Shown in pieces: positions 1 through 16,580 of a stretch of DNA of 64,000 nt (the stretch's first letter is position 1; every line of letters begins with the position of its first letter). The notes beneath the pieces are model-generated. The model saw nothing but the letters and a program-made list of their open reading frames with translations, was not told the origin of the DNA and did not search any database. Location of the stretch: NCBI RefSeq assembly GCF_009914755.1, contig NC_060925.1, one strand, 5' to 3'. Source of the stretch: the human T2T-CHM13v2.0 reference genome, Homo sapiens. Position numbers and translations under genes: made by a program.

Positions 1-172
1 ACGTATCTTTACAAATGAAGTTTCATTTAAATGCAGGCATGGCCACTCATTTACATATTGTCTATGGCTGCTTTTGCGCTATACCAGCAGAAGTATGACA
101 GAGACTGTATGAACCCCAAAACAAACTACTCACCTTTTGTCCATCTACCGAAAGAAAAACTTGTTGACCCTT
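1..172 (+). mobile_element. MER58A-like hAT-Charlie DNA transposon remnant (truncated by window edge)
   Basis: catttacatattgtctatggctgcttttgcgcta...gacagagactgtatg...ttgttgacccttg follows the recalled MER58A body and right terminus. Confidence 0.6.
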
Positions 173-970
173 GAACCAAGGGCAAATTTTATCAAGCATA
201 AATTAGGTGAAGGTCTTTCTGGTGCTGTGATTATTGGCAAGCGAGTTCACACAGATGTGAGTACCTGCAGTGTCTGGAGTCTGTGGTCCAGTATCTAGAC
301 AGTACTTCCATGAATGTTTAATTGTCATGGAAGAAACAAAAATGGCATCCACATTTTTGGACTGCAGGTAAACTTGAAATTAATAGTCCAGTGACTTCTC
401 TCAATTCTTATGCCTCCAGTCTTTCCGACAAATTTTTAAGCATTTATTTTCCTGTATAAAATATATTTTTGCTTGAAATGTTTATACTGGTTTCTGTTTG
501 GGGCCCTAAAGACTATCTGATGCAAGCACCATCTATTTGTTGTTAGACAGGTGTTTAAGACATGAAATAATACAAGTTTAATTTTGAACCATAATTAAGT
601 ATGGGAAAAAAGACTACTCTGAAAATTTTATGTGTGGTTAGGAGTATCACTCCACAGTAAATTTCTTAAAACTACAGTTCTCAGAGTTTTTCTTCTTATC
701 ATCTGTCATTTCAAAGGTTTGATACATTGTTTTATACTCCCAAGATGAATTTTCTCCATATACATAACTGCTATTATAAAAATATCTTCAGTGATTTTTT
801 TAAAAATTCCAAGTACATTTAAATCACAAATAAAGAGCTGGTAAAATGTTGTCCCTTCTCAGTACAATTTAATGTTTCTATAGAAACAGAAATGTGAAAT
901 TTCCAGGCTAAGCATTTCTATTATTACGTCACATTCAGATCTTAAATGCAAAGTGAGGAACCCATTTTAC

Positions 971-1443
971 TGTGTAACTAGGGGTCCAGCAGTAAACCCA
1001 TGGCACACTCTGCATAAGAAAGGGAATATTTTCATTGAATCAAACAATGATTAATTATTCCTTAGGAAAACCATCTAAAGAATAATGCAGTGCATGCTAT
1101 ATTCACAAAAGTGGGATCTTTGTAAAAACAGACCTGACAAGACAAAGAGGGGATAGTAAAAAAAGCCCAAAGAAGTGTGAAGAGCAAGCCACTTGAGAAG
1201 GGTTGTGGCCTTCTGTGGAGAAATACAGCCTGCACGTGGTGAACTGACAGGAGGGAGCTGATAGAACAACCACTTCACACTCACTCTCCTCTCATGCTCA
1301 GAATCTCCTGTTGGTGATCTCTCATTTACTTCTCCAAATGGAATTTGAAGGGAAAGTGAACTGGAGATTGTCTTTCAGGGCAAGGAGAGCACTAGTGAAG
1401 AGAGGAGTGTTTTGAAAGTGTACATGGGCGATATTCAGTGCAC
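971..1443. mobile_element. Possible ancient ERVL-type solo LTR (family uncertain)
   Basis: TG...CA-like ends; ggggtccagcagtaaacccatggcacactc start and gatattcagtgca end resemble old ERVL LTR termini; heavily diverged. Confidence 0.3.
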
Positions 1444-1446
1444 TCT

Positions 1447-1969
1447 ATATACTAGCTTTCTATATCTGCTGTAACAAATTACCACAAACTCAGTGGGTTA
1501 AAACAACACAGATTTGTTACCTTACAGTTCTGGAGGTCAGAAGTCTGAAATGGCTTTCACTGTACTAAAGATCTCAGTTGGTCTGATTCCTTCTAAAATC
1601 ACTAGGGAAAAATCTGTTTTCTTGCCTTTTCTAGTTTCTAGAGTCTACCTCCATTCACTAGCTGTGGCCCCATCCTCCATCTTCATGATGGTAGCATCAC
1701 ATCTTCAAATCTCTCCCCTGGTCTTACCTTTGCTTCCATCATCTCATCTCCTTCACTGGCTCTGATTCTACTATCTTCCTCTTTCCCTTATAAACGTTCT
1801 TGTGATTTTATTGGGTCTACCTGGATAATACAGATAATATTGCCAGAACCTTAGTTTAATCACATATCCAAAGCATCTTGTGATACAGAGTGACATATTT
1901 ACAGATTCTAGGGATTAAGACTTTTAAGACTTGTATATCCTTGGTGGGGGTATTACTCTGAATACTGCA
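1447..1969 (-). mobile_element. MaLR solo LTR, MLT1D/MLT1C-like
   Basis: gctgtaacaaattaccacaaactcagtgggttaaaacaacacagattt...ttacagttctggaggtcagaagtctgaaat and terminal gattctagggattaagac...ggggtattactctg match MLT1 antisense; ~520 bp. Confidence 0.75.
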
Positions 1970-2741
1970 CTATGTTTGAAAGTATAGACATGTGCGTCTA
2001 TAATAGACATGTTTTAGAGGAAAAATAGTGTACTATTGAGTCAAAGTCACCTGTATCTTAATTCTCATTCTAAAATAAATTTCCTGTGTTATTTAGGAAC
2101 AAGTTATTTTTAAATCTCACTCGCTCTCTCTCTCTACACACACACACACATACATGTATGATGAATATACATATATTTGTATGTGTAAATGTTCATGTAT
2201 ATATTAGTATGATAAATTTAGTTATCAGCAAAGATAATAGTAATGACAATAACAATGATAGCTATAATAACAATTAGCAAATAAATTTGTGCCAACTTAC
2301 ATAGTATCAAATATTTAGAGTATGTAAAATAGATATGTATACAAATACTCATGTAACTTAAGCAATGCATGCTTTATTCACATATGTAACTTTTCCATAG
2401 AATTTGGCACAAGTTATGTGCTTATTATTAAATATCATTATAAATATTACTATTTCCTCTCTGCTTACATTTAACAATTTATTAATATTGGCACATATTA
2501 AGTATTATAATTCACTTTAGACATATTTTAGATGGTTATGTTATTACTGTGTACTTAGTATGATGTGTGAACAAAGACTGCTTATATTAAGAGAAAATAA
2601 TTTTCTTACCAACAAGTCATTGTCAGAAGTCACACTGCAGTTTCATTTTTTAAACTATTAGCTCCTGCCTCCTTGAATAGCCACAAATCTCATGAAAGGA
2701 GTTAATGTGTATTATTTGTGTGTATATGTATGTATTCATTA

Positions 2742-3130
2742 TGTTGGGGAAAATTAAAAATAAACCAAGTAACCAACCCAGAAGCCTCTCTGCAAATGTA
2801 GAAAAGAGAGAAACCAGTTTTATTATTTAATAAGTCCTAAACCAGGCTGTTACATGCATCACAGGCAATAGGCTAATGAGATTGAAAAGACAGAATGAAT
2901 TCCCCTTCATACAGCCAAAAGATACCACCCGTTACAGGCATGTTCTCCAGATAATTGATGACTGTTTTCCTTTGAGATAACTTGACAGCATCATTTGCTA
3001 TGCAAAGTTCATCTGAATTTCACCTGAAATTAATGAGGATGGTCATCCTTGTTAGTTTATTGCCTTTATGTAAGGAAAATAAAACTTCTCCTATCTTTGT
3101 GAGAAGCAGATAGTGAAAATGTGGGGTGCT
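2742..3130 (-). mobile_element. ERV1-class LTR fragment (MER89/MER90-like, uncertain)
   Basis: Starts tgttgggga; tttattatt (antisense polyA signal); tgcatcacaggcaata...gagattgaaaagacagaa motifs recalled from ERV1 LTRs. Confidence 0.4.
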
Positions 3131-3404
3131 GTTTTATTGATGTTTGCCTTTTGTTTAGCTTTTGAAAACAATTATTTAAATATTAAATAAATGTAGAAAG
3201 GATTTAAAATTGTAAGATTTTTCAATGAAATGCTCCAAGAAAATAAAATAGGAAAAGGTTTTTTTCTCTTTTGGAACCAGGGAAAAATTAATATTAAAAA
3301 CTTTACTCTTAACATTTTCAGTATAAATCATTGAGTTAACTCTTAGAATGCCTTGCAAGCCTAACACGTATCAGGAATGAGACTGTGCAATTACCTGAGA
3401 ACAC

Positions 3405-3798
3405 GGTAGACGTGATCACTGTTCACACTAATATTTATGTTATCTTTCTTCCAGACACATGGGAGAATTGCATCTCTTCTCCTTCTTTAAATTAGGTATG
3501 GTCATGTCACTTGCCTTAGCCAATAAGCTACAAGCAGAAGTCCATATGAGCTAGCTCTGAATTTATAGTTTTCTTTCCCTTTTTTAGCAACAGCTGAGGT
3601 CCAGATAGGGATTGGGGTGGGTCTTCTCTGAGATTTTGTGAGGCGATGAAAGGATCATCCTGAGGACTGCAAGGAACATAGTACCCAGCTGACACAACAT
3701 GGTCATGGAGTATGAGAAGAAAATGACCTTTGTTGATTTAAGACACTACGATATTAAGATAATTTGCTGGTGTAATCTACCTCATTCTTACTTATATA
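3405..3798 (+). mobile_element. Old MaLR LTR (MLT1I/J-like)
   Basis: ttaggtatggtcatgtcacttgccttagccaataag...gagaagaaaatgacctttgttgatttaagacact are typical MLT1I/J motifs. Confidence 0.55.
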
Positions 3799-4129
3799 AG
3801 ATCATTCAAGTTTCTTTGAACATGAAATCTCTTATAAGAGATGCTTTGCCAGTCTGCCTGACTGCATTTCCTTTATTCTAATTAGCAGCAGCACCATCAC
3901 AGGTGATCACATAGAAAAATTAATTTTTATTTGTGTGTGTGGGTGAGGGGTGTACATTTTACCTATATTCTTAATTTCACACTGCTGGAATGGTGCCTTC
4001 AAGCTTTGAAAAAAAATTCAAAAGGAAATTTGAAAATAAAAGTGTACAACTAAAAATTCAAAGGTATATACACATGTACACATATAGATGTGTACAGAAA
4101 GAAGATGTGATAACTCTCTTGACAGAGTA

Positions 4130-4790
4130 TTGAGGGAAGAGAAAAAGAACTCAGAGACTGGAGCCTTTTAGAATGGGTGTTCTCGTCATAATAGGGAATG
4201 CCTGAGCTGTCTCTGATCCTCAGGGAGACACTCCCCTAATGCTGTAACAATCTGATGCAAAGTGCTCCAGCATTGCTGAGAAGTTCAGTGTAGGCTTTCA
4301 TTTGTTAGTCATTTCTTAGCAATAAAGATTCTGCTATGAGACTGGTCTTTGTGACAATAGGATTCAAAAATGATAGAAAATGTGGATGTATTCACTGTAG
4401 TGGGCAACAAGGTGAGAATGGCAATTGGGTGTTGCTCTTACCTGTATACTGACCTATGCAACCAAAGCAATCAGGAGTGGGTGAGCAGAAAGTAAGCACT
4501 GGCTTAGAAAATCGCAATCTTTTGGCTAGTTTTCAAAACTGATATTATTGTCCAGCCAAGATCTTATCCACTAAAAGGGAGGCCAAGTCTCCATAATTAA
4601 AGACTGTGACTCCATTACATACAATACATCTCTCTTCACTCTTTTCTCAAAAATATATGTGGATATTTACCAAAATATTAAATAAAAAATTGTTTTAAGG
4701 GATATAGGATCTGAAGTGACATTGACTGCACAATAATCAAAGAGGGGAGAAATCATGTCTCCCATCTTAGATTGGAAATGTACTCATATC
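4130..4790 (+). mobile_element. Possible degraded ERVL internal fragment
   Basis: ctcagagactggag...gtgctccagcattgctgagaagttcagtg resembles ERVL gag-region sequence; weak. Confidence 0.3.
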
Positions 4791-5424
4791 CTGACCATAT
4801 CATATAAGTGCATAAAAGTGTGCATAAAGTATATATATACATGAATACTCATATTAGTCTTGTTCCTGGTAGAAAAAATTATAAACAATTAAAAATCAAT
4901 TGCATTATTGTTTAATAAATTCAGATGTTTTCATAGACTAGATCATGGTATAGCTAGTACAAAGAAAAAGAAATATATGCATATTTAAGAAATATATTAA
5001 TAACATTATTTTTGAGCAACAAAATGAAAAATCTTATAAATGTGTGTAAACATTGTAAAACTGGCAAGAGATAGTTCATACTTTGGTTATATACCTCAAA
5101 CTACTGTAGAAATTTTTTAGTCATTATTATTTTCTCTTTACAGATTGTATGTAATTTTCTAGCTGAAGAGAAAATTTGAAAATAAAGGTGCACGATTAAA
5201 AATTCAAAGCTACAAAATGAAGTCTCGAGATACCAGCAAGTTTTGTCCTTCAAAGGCATAGTCATATAGAATAATGCTAGTTATATAGGACTTTGATAAA
5301 AAGATAGTTAAGACCATAGGAATAGTTGTCCATATGCTGAATTTTCAAAGTTCATCAGATTATTTAAAATTTCTTTCAAAAATCTCCTGAAACCCTAAAT
5401 ATTTGACATAAACAAACAAACAAA

Positions 5425-7332
5425 AATTATAACAAATGAATTGAGAAAAGTTGCAATATGCTAAGGTAGCACACAAAAATCAGTTGTGTTTTCATATTCT
5501 AACAATGAAAAAATGTAAAAGGAAAATTAAAAGAATTCTATTTGTAATAGTATCAAAAAGAATAAAATATTTAATCAAGGAGGCACAGAGATTTGTATAT
5601 GGAAATCTATTAAATGTTGCTGTAAGGAATTAAAGAAGACAAAAATAAATAGAAAGACACCTCATGCTCAAGAATTGGAATAGTTAATATTTTTAAGACG
5701 TCAGTATTACCCAAAGGTGGTCTACAGATTTGATGCGATCACTATCAAAATCACAATGGCACTTTTTGCCAAAGCAGAAAAATATATTCTAAAATTCATA
5801 TAGAATCTTAGGAAACCCCAAATAGCTAAAAAATTCTCAAAAAAAAGACATTTCACACTTACCAATTTCAAAACTTAATGAAAACCTTGGAACTTATTAA
5901 ACAATGACAGAATCAGTGAATTTATGTTTTCTACAAAGCTGTAATAATAAAAGTATTGTGGGATTGGCATAAAAACAGAGATAGCCACCCATCAAATAGA
6001 ATAGTGAGCCCAGAAATAACCCTTCATATATATGGTCAAATGATTTTTAATGAAAGAGTCAAAACCATTCAATGGAGGAAAAGAGAGTCTTTTTAATCAG
6101 TGGTGTTGGGGAAATTGGACATCCACATGCAAAAAAATGAAATGGAATCCTTACCTTATGACACATACAAAAATTAACATAAGTAGGTCAAAGACCTGAA
6201 TGTAAGAGCTAAAACTTAAAAACCCCTGGAAGCAAACATAGGGGAAAATCTTGACATTGGATTTGACAATAAAATATTGTATGTGACACGGAAAATAGAG
6301 GTAAAAAATAAAAATGGAAAACTGGAAGGATATCAACATTTTTAAAAGTCTGTACAACATAAGACACAATTACAGAGTAAAAATAAAAGCTATGGAATGA
6401 AAGAAATCTTGCTAAATCATATTTCCAATAAGGGGTTAATATTTAGAATATATAAAGAATCATAACTTAAAACAGAAAAACAAATAGCCTAATTTAAAAA
6501 TGAGCAAAGAACTTGAATGAACATATCTTCAAATAAGACATTCAAATGGCTAACAACCATGTGAAAAGATATGCAACAGCACTAATCTTCAGAAAAAATG
6601 TAAATCAAAACCACAATGAAATACTACCCCACACCCACTGCAACTATCAATAAAAACAAAACAACATATGTTGGTAAAAGTGTGGAGAAATTTGAATCTT
6701 TGTACACTCTAGTTGGAAACATAAAATGGTGCATCCACTGTGGAAAATAGTATGGCAGTTTCTCAAAAAATTAAATATAGAATTACCATATATTCCAGCA
6801 ATTCCACTTCTGGGAATATATGCATGAGTTGAAAGCGGTCTCAGAGACATTTGTACACTCATGTTAATAGCAATAGCATTCACAATGGCCAAAAGGTGAA
6901 AACAACTAAGTAACCACCAATGGATGAACGAATAAGCAAAATATAATATATACATACAATGGAATATTATTCAGCCTTACAAAGAAAGAAAATTCTGACA
7001 CATGCTGCAATATGGAAAACATTATGCTAAATGAAATACATTGGTCACAAAAAAACACATATTATATGATTCCGCTTATATGAGGTACCTAGAATAATTT
7101 CATTCACAGAGACAGAAGAGGGGAGGTTGTTAGGAGCTAAGGGTAGGAGAGAAATAGAAAGTTGTATACAATGAGCTGAGTTTCAGTTTTGCAAGATAAA
7201 AAGAGTTTTGTAGATTGGAGTAGTGTCAATAGCTATTTATATTTACACTACTTAACTGTACATTTAAAAATTGTTAATATGATAATTTTTATTTTATGAG
7301 TATTTTAACACAATTATTAATAATTTTTAAAA
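5425..7332 (+). mobile_element. 5'-truncated old LINE-1 (L1MB-type): ORF2 3' part and 3' UTR
   Basis: L1 ORF2-like sequence (tatcaaaaagaataaaatat; ccagcaattccacttctgggaatata) followed by an L1MB 3' UTR (tatgattccgcttatatgaggtacctaga...gtttcagttttgcaagataaa); many stops. Confidence 0.85.
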
Positions 7333-10299
7333 ATCTCCCCAATAATTCCTATGAAAATTACTTTGAGACCTCTTCTGACCTGAATAAAGTTCCACTAAAT
7401 TTGATTTATTGTTCAAATTAATTTTGGAATAATTAAGTAATAAGTCAATCTTTTGACTATCAAATACATATTGTAAAATACATTTAATATCACTATATAA
7501 TTGTTGGTCTATTTAATTAAGGTACTTTCTACAAATCTTATCCATGATTATTTGTTGACTTGTAAACAAAAAACAATGCTAATTAATTATTTATTGTTTA
7601 AAGCATTTGAAAACTAATGGATCCTTCAAAAATTTATTTTTAATTTAATACAACATTTTCTCTAAGAATACTTTTTCGGTAAACATGTATTCAGTTATTT
7701 ACTTCTCACATAACTGCATATTTTGGTTCTTTCTTACAGGCAGGAGACATCACTTTTGTGCATTAATAGGCTCTCTCGGTTTATCCCATAAGAATTTATA
7801 TAAGAAGATAATGTCAACACATGCTAGAAAATGCATCTAGCACTTAGATTGAAGTGATAAGTAATATATTGCAGGAATGAATTTTCAATACTGGCAATAC
7901 AGAAGATTCTGCAAAGCTTTGCTACATTCACTTATCTTGAAATATGTTTAGTTAAAATGTGTGTAGTGTAGCTGACGGTAACTTTATTGTGACCACAGCA
8001 AAAAAAAAAAAAAAAGTAACAGCACTTGTGCTATTTTATGGTTTCATTTTTCTGAACATAGTGCCTCATCTGTGTCAGCATTTAAGTGAACAGTCTGTAA
8101 GATCACTTAGGGAAATTATACCTACTGGTCCAATAAAATTCCATAGTGTTGTCTTTCTCATCATGAAAGTAAAATATTGTAGAATGTGTCCATGAAATGT
8201 TGTCCTCTCTTCTTCCCTTGCAGACTCTTGTTTTGTATAGTGACAATAGGAGTCTGCAAATTTTGCCTATTCTTCAAATTTGTTAGGAATTAAACATTTA
8301 AAGGAAAAAGTGTTAAGCTAGAATAATCCATTCAAATTCATTTATTTAAGTAAAGAGATATAAAGCCAGTTGACACGTTGTTCTAGTGTCTCTGTTCCTC
8401 ATTTTCCTTCTTCGGATAGCTCCTTATTTTCCTTCATTTAATAGTTTTCCTTTTGATTAATTTCCATCCAAAGATATGTTAATATATCTCCTTTTTTATT
8501 TTTAGGTTGTAAGTATACACAGGAATTCTCATTATTATTCTCATTTAAAATATAAAGCACACTACTTTTGAATATTTTTTTTTCTAGTCATGCCTAGTGA
8601 TAAAGCAGAAACATAGGTTATCTAGGCTTTATCCTTTAGTTCCTGGACTTCAGGGCACATTTCTATTGGGAAATTACCCAGTGCTAATGGGTTGTAACTA
8701 TGCACATTGACGCTATGAGTCTACTTGAAAGTGGAATATGTAGTATAAATATTTCTTAATAGAAAGCAAAAGCTGTATTATAGGGCCCTCATCCATGGTC
8801 TTCTAAATAACTCCACCATTCCTTATTATGTGGTGTGAACTTTTATGACAATGGGAAAGCCATGATTAGAAGGACTCTACGAAATATTTTTAACATAGAA
8901 AAGAGGCAGAAAAGAAACATATTTAAAATTTGCTCTACACATGGCTTGAAATTTAGCACTGGATGATACTGGCAAATGTGGAGCTGCAGAATATTGGTTT
9001 GTGTTGGTTTCTCTGTTTTTGAGTTTCTACAGTGTAGACTTACTTTCATTTTTATTCATTGACATTAGACTCTATGAAGGTAACAGCTAAAAAAGAAGTT
9101 GGAGGGAAGGGAAAGTAGAAGACAGGAGATCCTGGAAATAATAACTCTACTGACCTCTAAGATTAGCTTGGTTGTTCTCCTAACTCCAGACCTGGCTCTT
9201 TCATTACAAAGAAAGTTTCTGCATGTTGGTTTTCAGAAAAAAAGGAAAAAAACAAAGGCTTATAACCAATTGATGGCATGTAGCACAAATCAATTCTTCC
9301 TGTCATCTTTTTTTCTACCTGTAGGGTATAATTTTTAATTTCATCTGTAGCAAGGAGATGTGTTATCCCAATCTTCCTTAATAACTGCTAATTCATTTCT
9401 TTTTATTAATATTTAATTATTGCCTCCTGAGTTGATTCATGGATAAAAACTTGCCTCAGATTACAGTGTGTTGAGTCACTTTGAAATTACTCGAAGATTT
9501 TTCTGAACAAGGACTGATGTTCCCAGATTGCCTATGCTCAGGGTTATTGGATTTCCATTTAAAAGACTCCAGTGGTCACTAAAAATTGCCTTGTGACAGG
9601 AACCATATGTGTTTTCTGTCCAGAAGCAAGGATGGAGAGTGCCTAGCTGTTTCTGTAATCCTTTGGCTCTCAATGATACTGAAAACCTCACATCCTCACA
9701 ACCTTGAACTAGTGGCTCATGGGAGACTGAATGCCTGGAACTTTGACATGATGAATTATACATTTCAAGGTTGCAAATTGCTCAACGAGTTACTTCAAGA
9801 AGCTACACACACACAAAAAAAGTTGATATCTACATTTGATTAATATGTCAACCTTGAAACTTTTGTTAAAAGGAATATTTTAAGAATTGTTTAAAAATGT
9901 CTATAGAAAACAAAAATTAAAAAAGCAATTTAAAATTCAAAGCATTTAAAGTTTATAGAGTAGCAATAATTTGAGGTCATAATATTCATCGTATTCATAA
10001 AGGATTTCATTTATCTTCCAAAAGAAAAGTGATATGCATTCCATTACCTATTGGTAGCTCCATCTTCCCTGTGTGTATGTGTGTGTTTGTGTGTGTGTGT
10101 ACATGCATATGTGCCTGTTTATGTTAAATATAATACAAATGAACAGTTTTTACTTTGTTTTGTTTTAATTGTTATGAAAAGCATGGGTTAAATTAGATTA
10201 TGTAACACCTTTTTCTTTAATTTGAAGAATTATATTAAAATATTAATCTTGTAAAAGCATTCATTCACTCAAACATTTATTTTTTTTCTGAGTAGCTTA

Positions 10300-10480
10300 T
10301 GTGTTAGATGCTCTCATATATATTTTTGCCTTTATACTACTAACTACTAACTATTCCTTGAATTATTAGTCATCACAGTAGAAATGCAAACACATACTTA
10401 GAAACTAAAGTAACTTGCCCAGGGCATACAAGTAGTAAGTGGCAGTGTTTTCTAATTCCAAGCTTCATGACCATTTTAAT
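10300..10480 (-). mobile_element. MIR SINE remnant
   Basis: aagtaacttgcccagggcatacaagtagtaagtggcag is the MIR core motif. Confidence 0.5.
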
Positions 10481-11256
10481 TCACATCATACCTTTAGATT
10501 GGTATATGTTTTTAAAATCTATAGATATAATTAAAGGCTAAACATCTCTTGATTACCAAGTCAAAGACAAGAAAATGCTTATATAAAAATCAATGGATGG
10601 GTCTGAGAGATATAATTAACTCAGTATTTCTTCTTTTAAATTAAGGTAAAATATAGGACAATGGAATTTAACACTCAGTTGTGCTAATTCTTACTTATCT
10701 TTAATATTTGGAAGCTGATGGGACACATGTAACTTTTTTTGCTGAAGTAATTATGATGGGCGGTGCATTAGTTCTTACTGATTGACATGCTTTATCCTTG
10801 ACAGTTGAGAAACTTAAGGACAAAGTCAATCATTGATTAGCTGTCACCTCATATCCTTGTCCTATGAAAGACTGAATCATGTTTGCATTTCAAATAAGTT
10901 AATGCTGTCCAAAGTGAGCATGTAATAAAAGGGCTTTTAACAAATGTACTGAATAAAAAAGCATTAATAATGAAGTACATTGATCGATTAATAATAAGAA
11001 GAAATTTTTAAATGAAATTATTACATTTAAACAAGTAACCTGAAGCAAACAAATAATGAATATATGTGTGCTCATAGAAATTAAGGCATTTCTGGATAAA
11101 CTAAGTCATTATTCTTATAAAACTATAGAACAAAGGACTAGGAGAGGAATATAAAGACTTTCCAATAGATATAATATTTGTTAATAAGGTGAATTTGATA
11201 TTTGCAAACGGAAACTATATTTTATGTATTATTCGAATTTTTTTTTCTTCAAAAAG

Positions 11257-11422
11257 AAACAAAACTAGCTGGGCATGGTGGTGCACAGTTGTATTCCCAA
11301 TGACTTGGGGGACGGAGGTTGGAGGATAGTTTGAGCCCAGGAGGCTGTAGTTGCAGTGAGCTATGATTGCACCACTGCACTACAAACTAAGCGACAGAGC
11401 AAGACCCTATCTCCAAAAACAA
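11257..11422 (+). mobile_element. Alu right monomer (FRAM/AluJ-type)
   Basis: tagctgggcatggtggtgcac...ggaggatagtttgagcccaggagg...gcagtgagctatgattgcaccactgcac...gagcaagaccctatctc + A-rich end; J-type diagnostics. Confidence 0.85.
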
Positions 11423-12027
11423 TAAGCAATAACTTTATAATACATATTGGTAATGGATTTTGCATGTGGCAGCCACTAAGAAATTGTTTTTGTTTCAATG
11501 CCATTGCCATTGTCAATATTTAATAATACAGTGATATGGTTTTATTAAGTAATGTAATTAGATTTTAATGTCATTGACTTTGTAAAAAAACTTTTCCATA
11601 ATTATATTCATTCAGTTTTTTAAATGGGCACTTTAAAAATATTTTCTAAAGAATATGATAAAGATGTGCTGCTTGTCAGAATTCTTTTAAGTTAAAACAG
11701 TAGAACCCCATTATCTATAGTTATTTCAGATTTTTTTTGATGGTATTATGATTTTTATTTTTCACCATGTACTTTTCTGCATCTTCCAAATATGAACAAT
11801 TATTCCTTTTATAACCAGAGAAACAAATATAGTTGATGATTTAAAGATGTGTACAGATATGAGGGCTGATTATATCAATTGACTAACACTACCATTGTAT
11901 ACATGTAATAAAGCTTCACAAATTACAACTTTAAAAACCTATGATGAAAACCTGTCCACATGAACATTCTGGGTAACCTTGTCCATTAAAAAAAAATCTT
12001 CATTTAAACAATAAAATCAAATCTCCA

Positions 12028-15162
<3,135 letters not shown>

Positions 15163-15209
15163 TGAGTTCTTCTTTAAGAATGAACATCAATTATTTATTT
15201 GTCCATTCT

Positions 15210-15694
15210 GTGATATCTTAAGCTGGATTCACCAGAATGTGAACAAGGAATGAGAATTCACATAAAATAAATTTATTAAAAAACTTTTCTATAATGAGAC
15301 TGGTAAGGTTGTGTGGGAAGCAGGACAGGGAAGAATCCAAACAAGAGTGCAAAATTTAGTCAAAGTACCATCTAAAAACTGATGTTATGAAGAGATGCTG
15401 CTCTGGAGCATAAATTACATCTTAAAATTTGGCCTATCTTGAGAGGAGGCAACTGAATTTTCATAGCCAATGAGTAATTGGGTATGAGCAGATACAATGG
15501 AATGTAAAGTTCCTGGTGATTTCATCTCTCTTTGCATACAATTTAAGCAGTTCTAGTAGCCCAAAGGCAGTCTTCAAAAGCATATTGTGGATGCGAGTTT
15601 GATGCAAACCATGGCGAAACTGGGGGATTGGTGCATGCAGTCTTTAAAGTGATCTGAGAGAATCTGGGTGGGACATCAATAGTATCCACCTCAC
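15210..15694 (-). mobile_element. Old ERVL solo LTR (LTR16/LTR33-like)
   Basis: tttatt near the left end; terminal aatctgggtgggacatcaatagtatccacctcaca resembles the antisense LTR16/33 5' end. Confidence 0.4.
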
Positions 15695-15875
15695 ATGATA
15701 TCAGCCATGTTCAAGAATAATGCATATTCCTTGCCATATGTCTTAATATCAAAATCAGCTCTATCAATAAAATGAAAACATAGTTAGCTTTCTAAAATTC
15801 AGTCTCTGGTGTTATCTATGGAAAGGCACCAAAAAGAAAAATAGCTGGAATTTTTATTCTGTTGTGTTGAGACTA

Positions 15876-15949
15876 CTGTGTCATTTCAGGTTCAATCAGA
15901 GATCCTGGGCAAAACCATCAGACCACGATCAATAGATAGACAAATAGAT

Positions 15950-15996
<47 letters not shown>

Positions 15997-16580
15997 GATA
16001 GATATTTGTATGCAGGTAAATCTACATGTATTTAAGTTTATTATACGAACTGAATTTTATGCAATTGTGGGAGCTGGTTATACCACTTATATACAGCTGT
16101 TACTTTTGAATTTGGTGCTTGGCCTAAATCAGCAGGGTAGACTGTAGAGAGAGAAATATTGGGTGGTGGGGTTCAAAAAATTAGAGCTAATGAGAATGAG
16201 CTGAGAACCATTTTGGCCACTTGCTGCTTCCAAGATTTTAACTTCAATATGTATGCGACCTACAAGAGAACCTAGTGCCATTCACTTTATCATGAAACTA
16301 ACATGTTTCTCTCCCAGAAGAAGAAAAAAGATAATGAAAAGTTCCAGGGGCAGCTGGAGGAGCTGAAGATCTTGCGCATGCCAGCAAGATAAGCCAGAAA
16401 ATCAGTGAGAACAAATGTGAACTAGACTGAACTTCCTGATGTCAAAAGAATATTTCTGATGCTTCAGTGCCATATTTCAAAACTTATGCAAATTATTTTT
16501 CTGGTCACTGCTAACAGCAGAACTGAATTCCAGGAAATGCAGTTCCAGCATAGGTACATTGTCACACTATGAACCCACAA
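15876..16580 (-). mobile_element. MLT2-family (ERVL) LTR hosting a GATA microsatellite
   Basis: ttatgcaattgtgggagctggtta and ttccaggaaatgcagttccagc motifs; MLT2 LTRs commonly carry a simple repeat at this position. Confidence 0.45.
15932..16004 (+). repeat. (GATA)n tetranucleotide STR: 11 perfect units at 15950-15993, then GAT(GATA)2
   Basis: Counted directly. Confidence 0.95.

Noticed and set aside
7720-8230. Pyrimidine tract + AG splice-acceptor-like sites (ttcttacag at ~7739, cccttgcag at ~8223)
   Set aside because: Such motifs are common by chance in AT-rich DNA; no matching strong donor or coding frame, so no exon can be supported without RNA data.
9430-9845. Unique-looking stretch with overlapping 85/95-aa ORFs and a TGAGTCA site
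   Set aside because: No domain similarity or splice structure; a single AP-1 heptamer is expected by chance.
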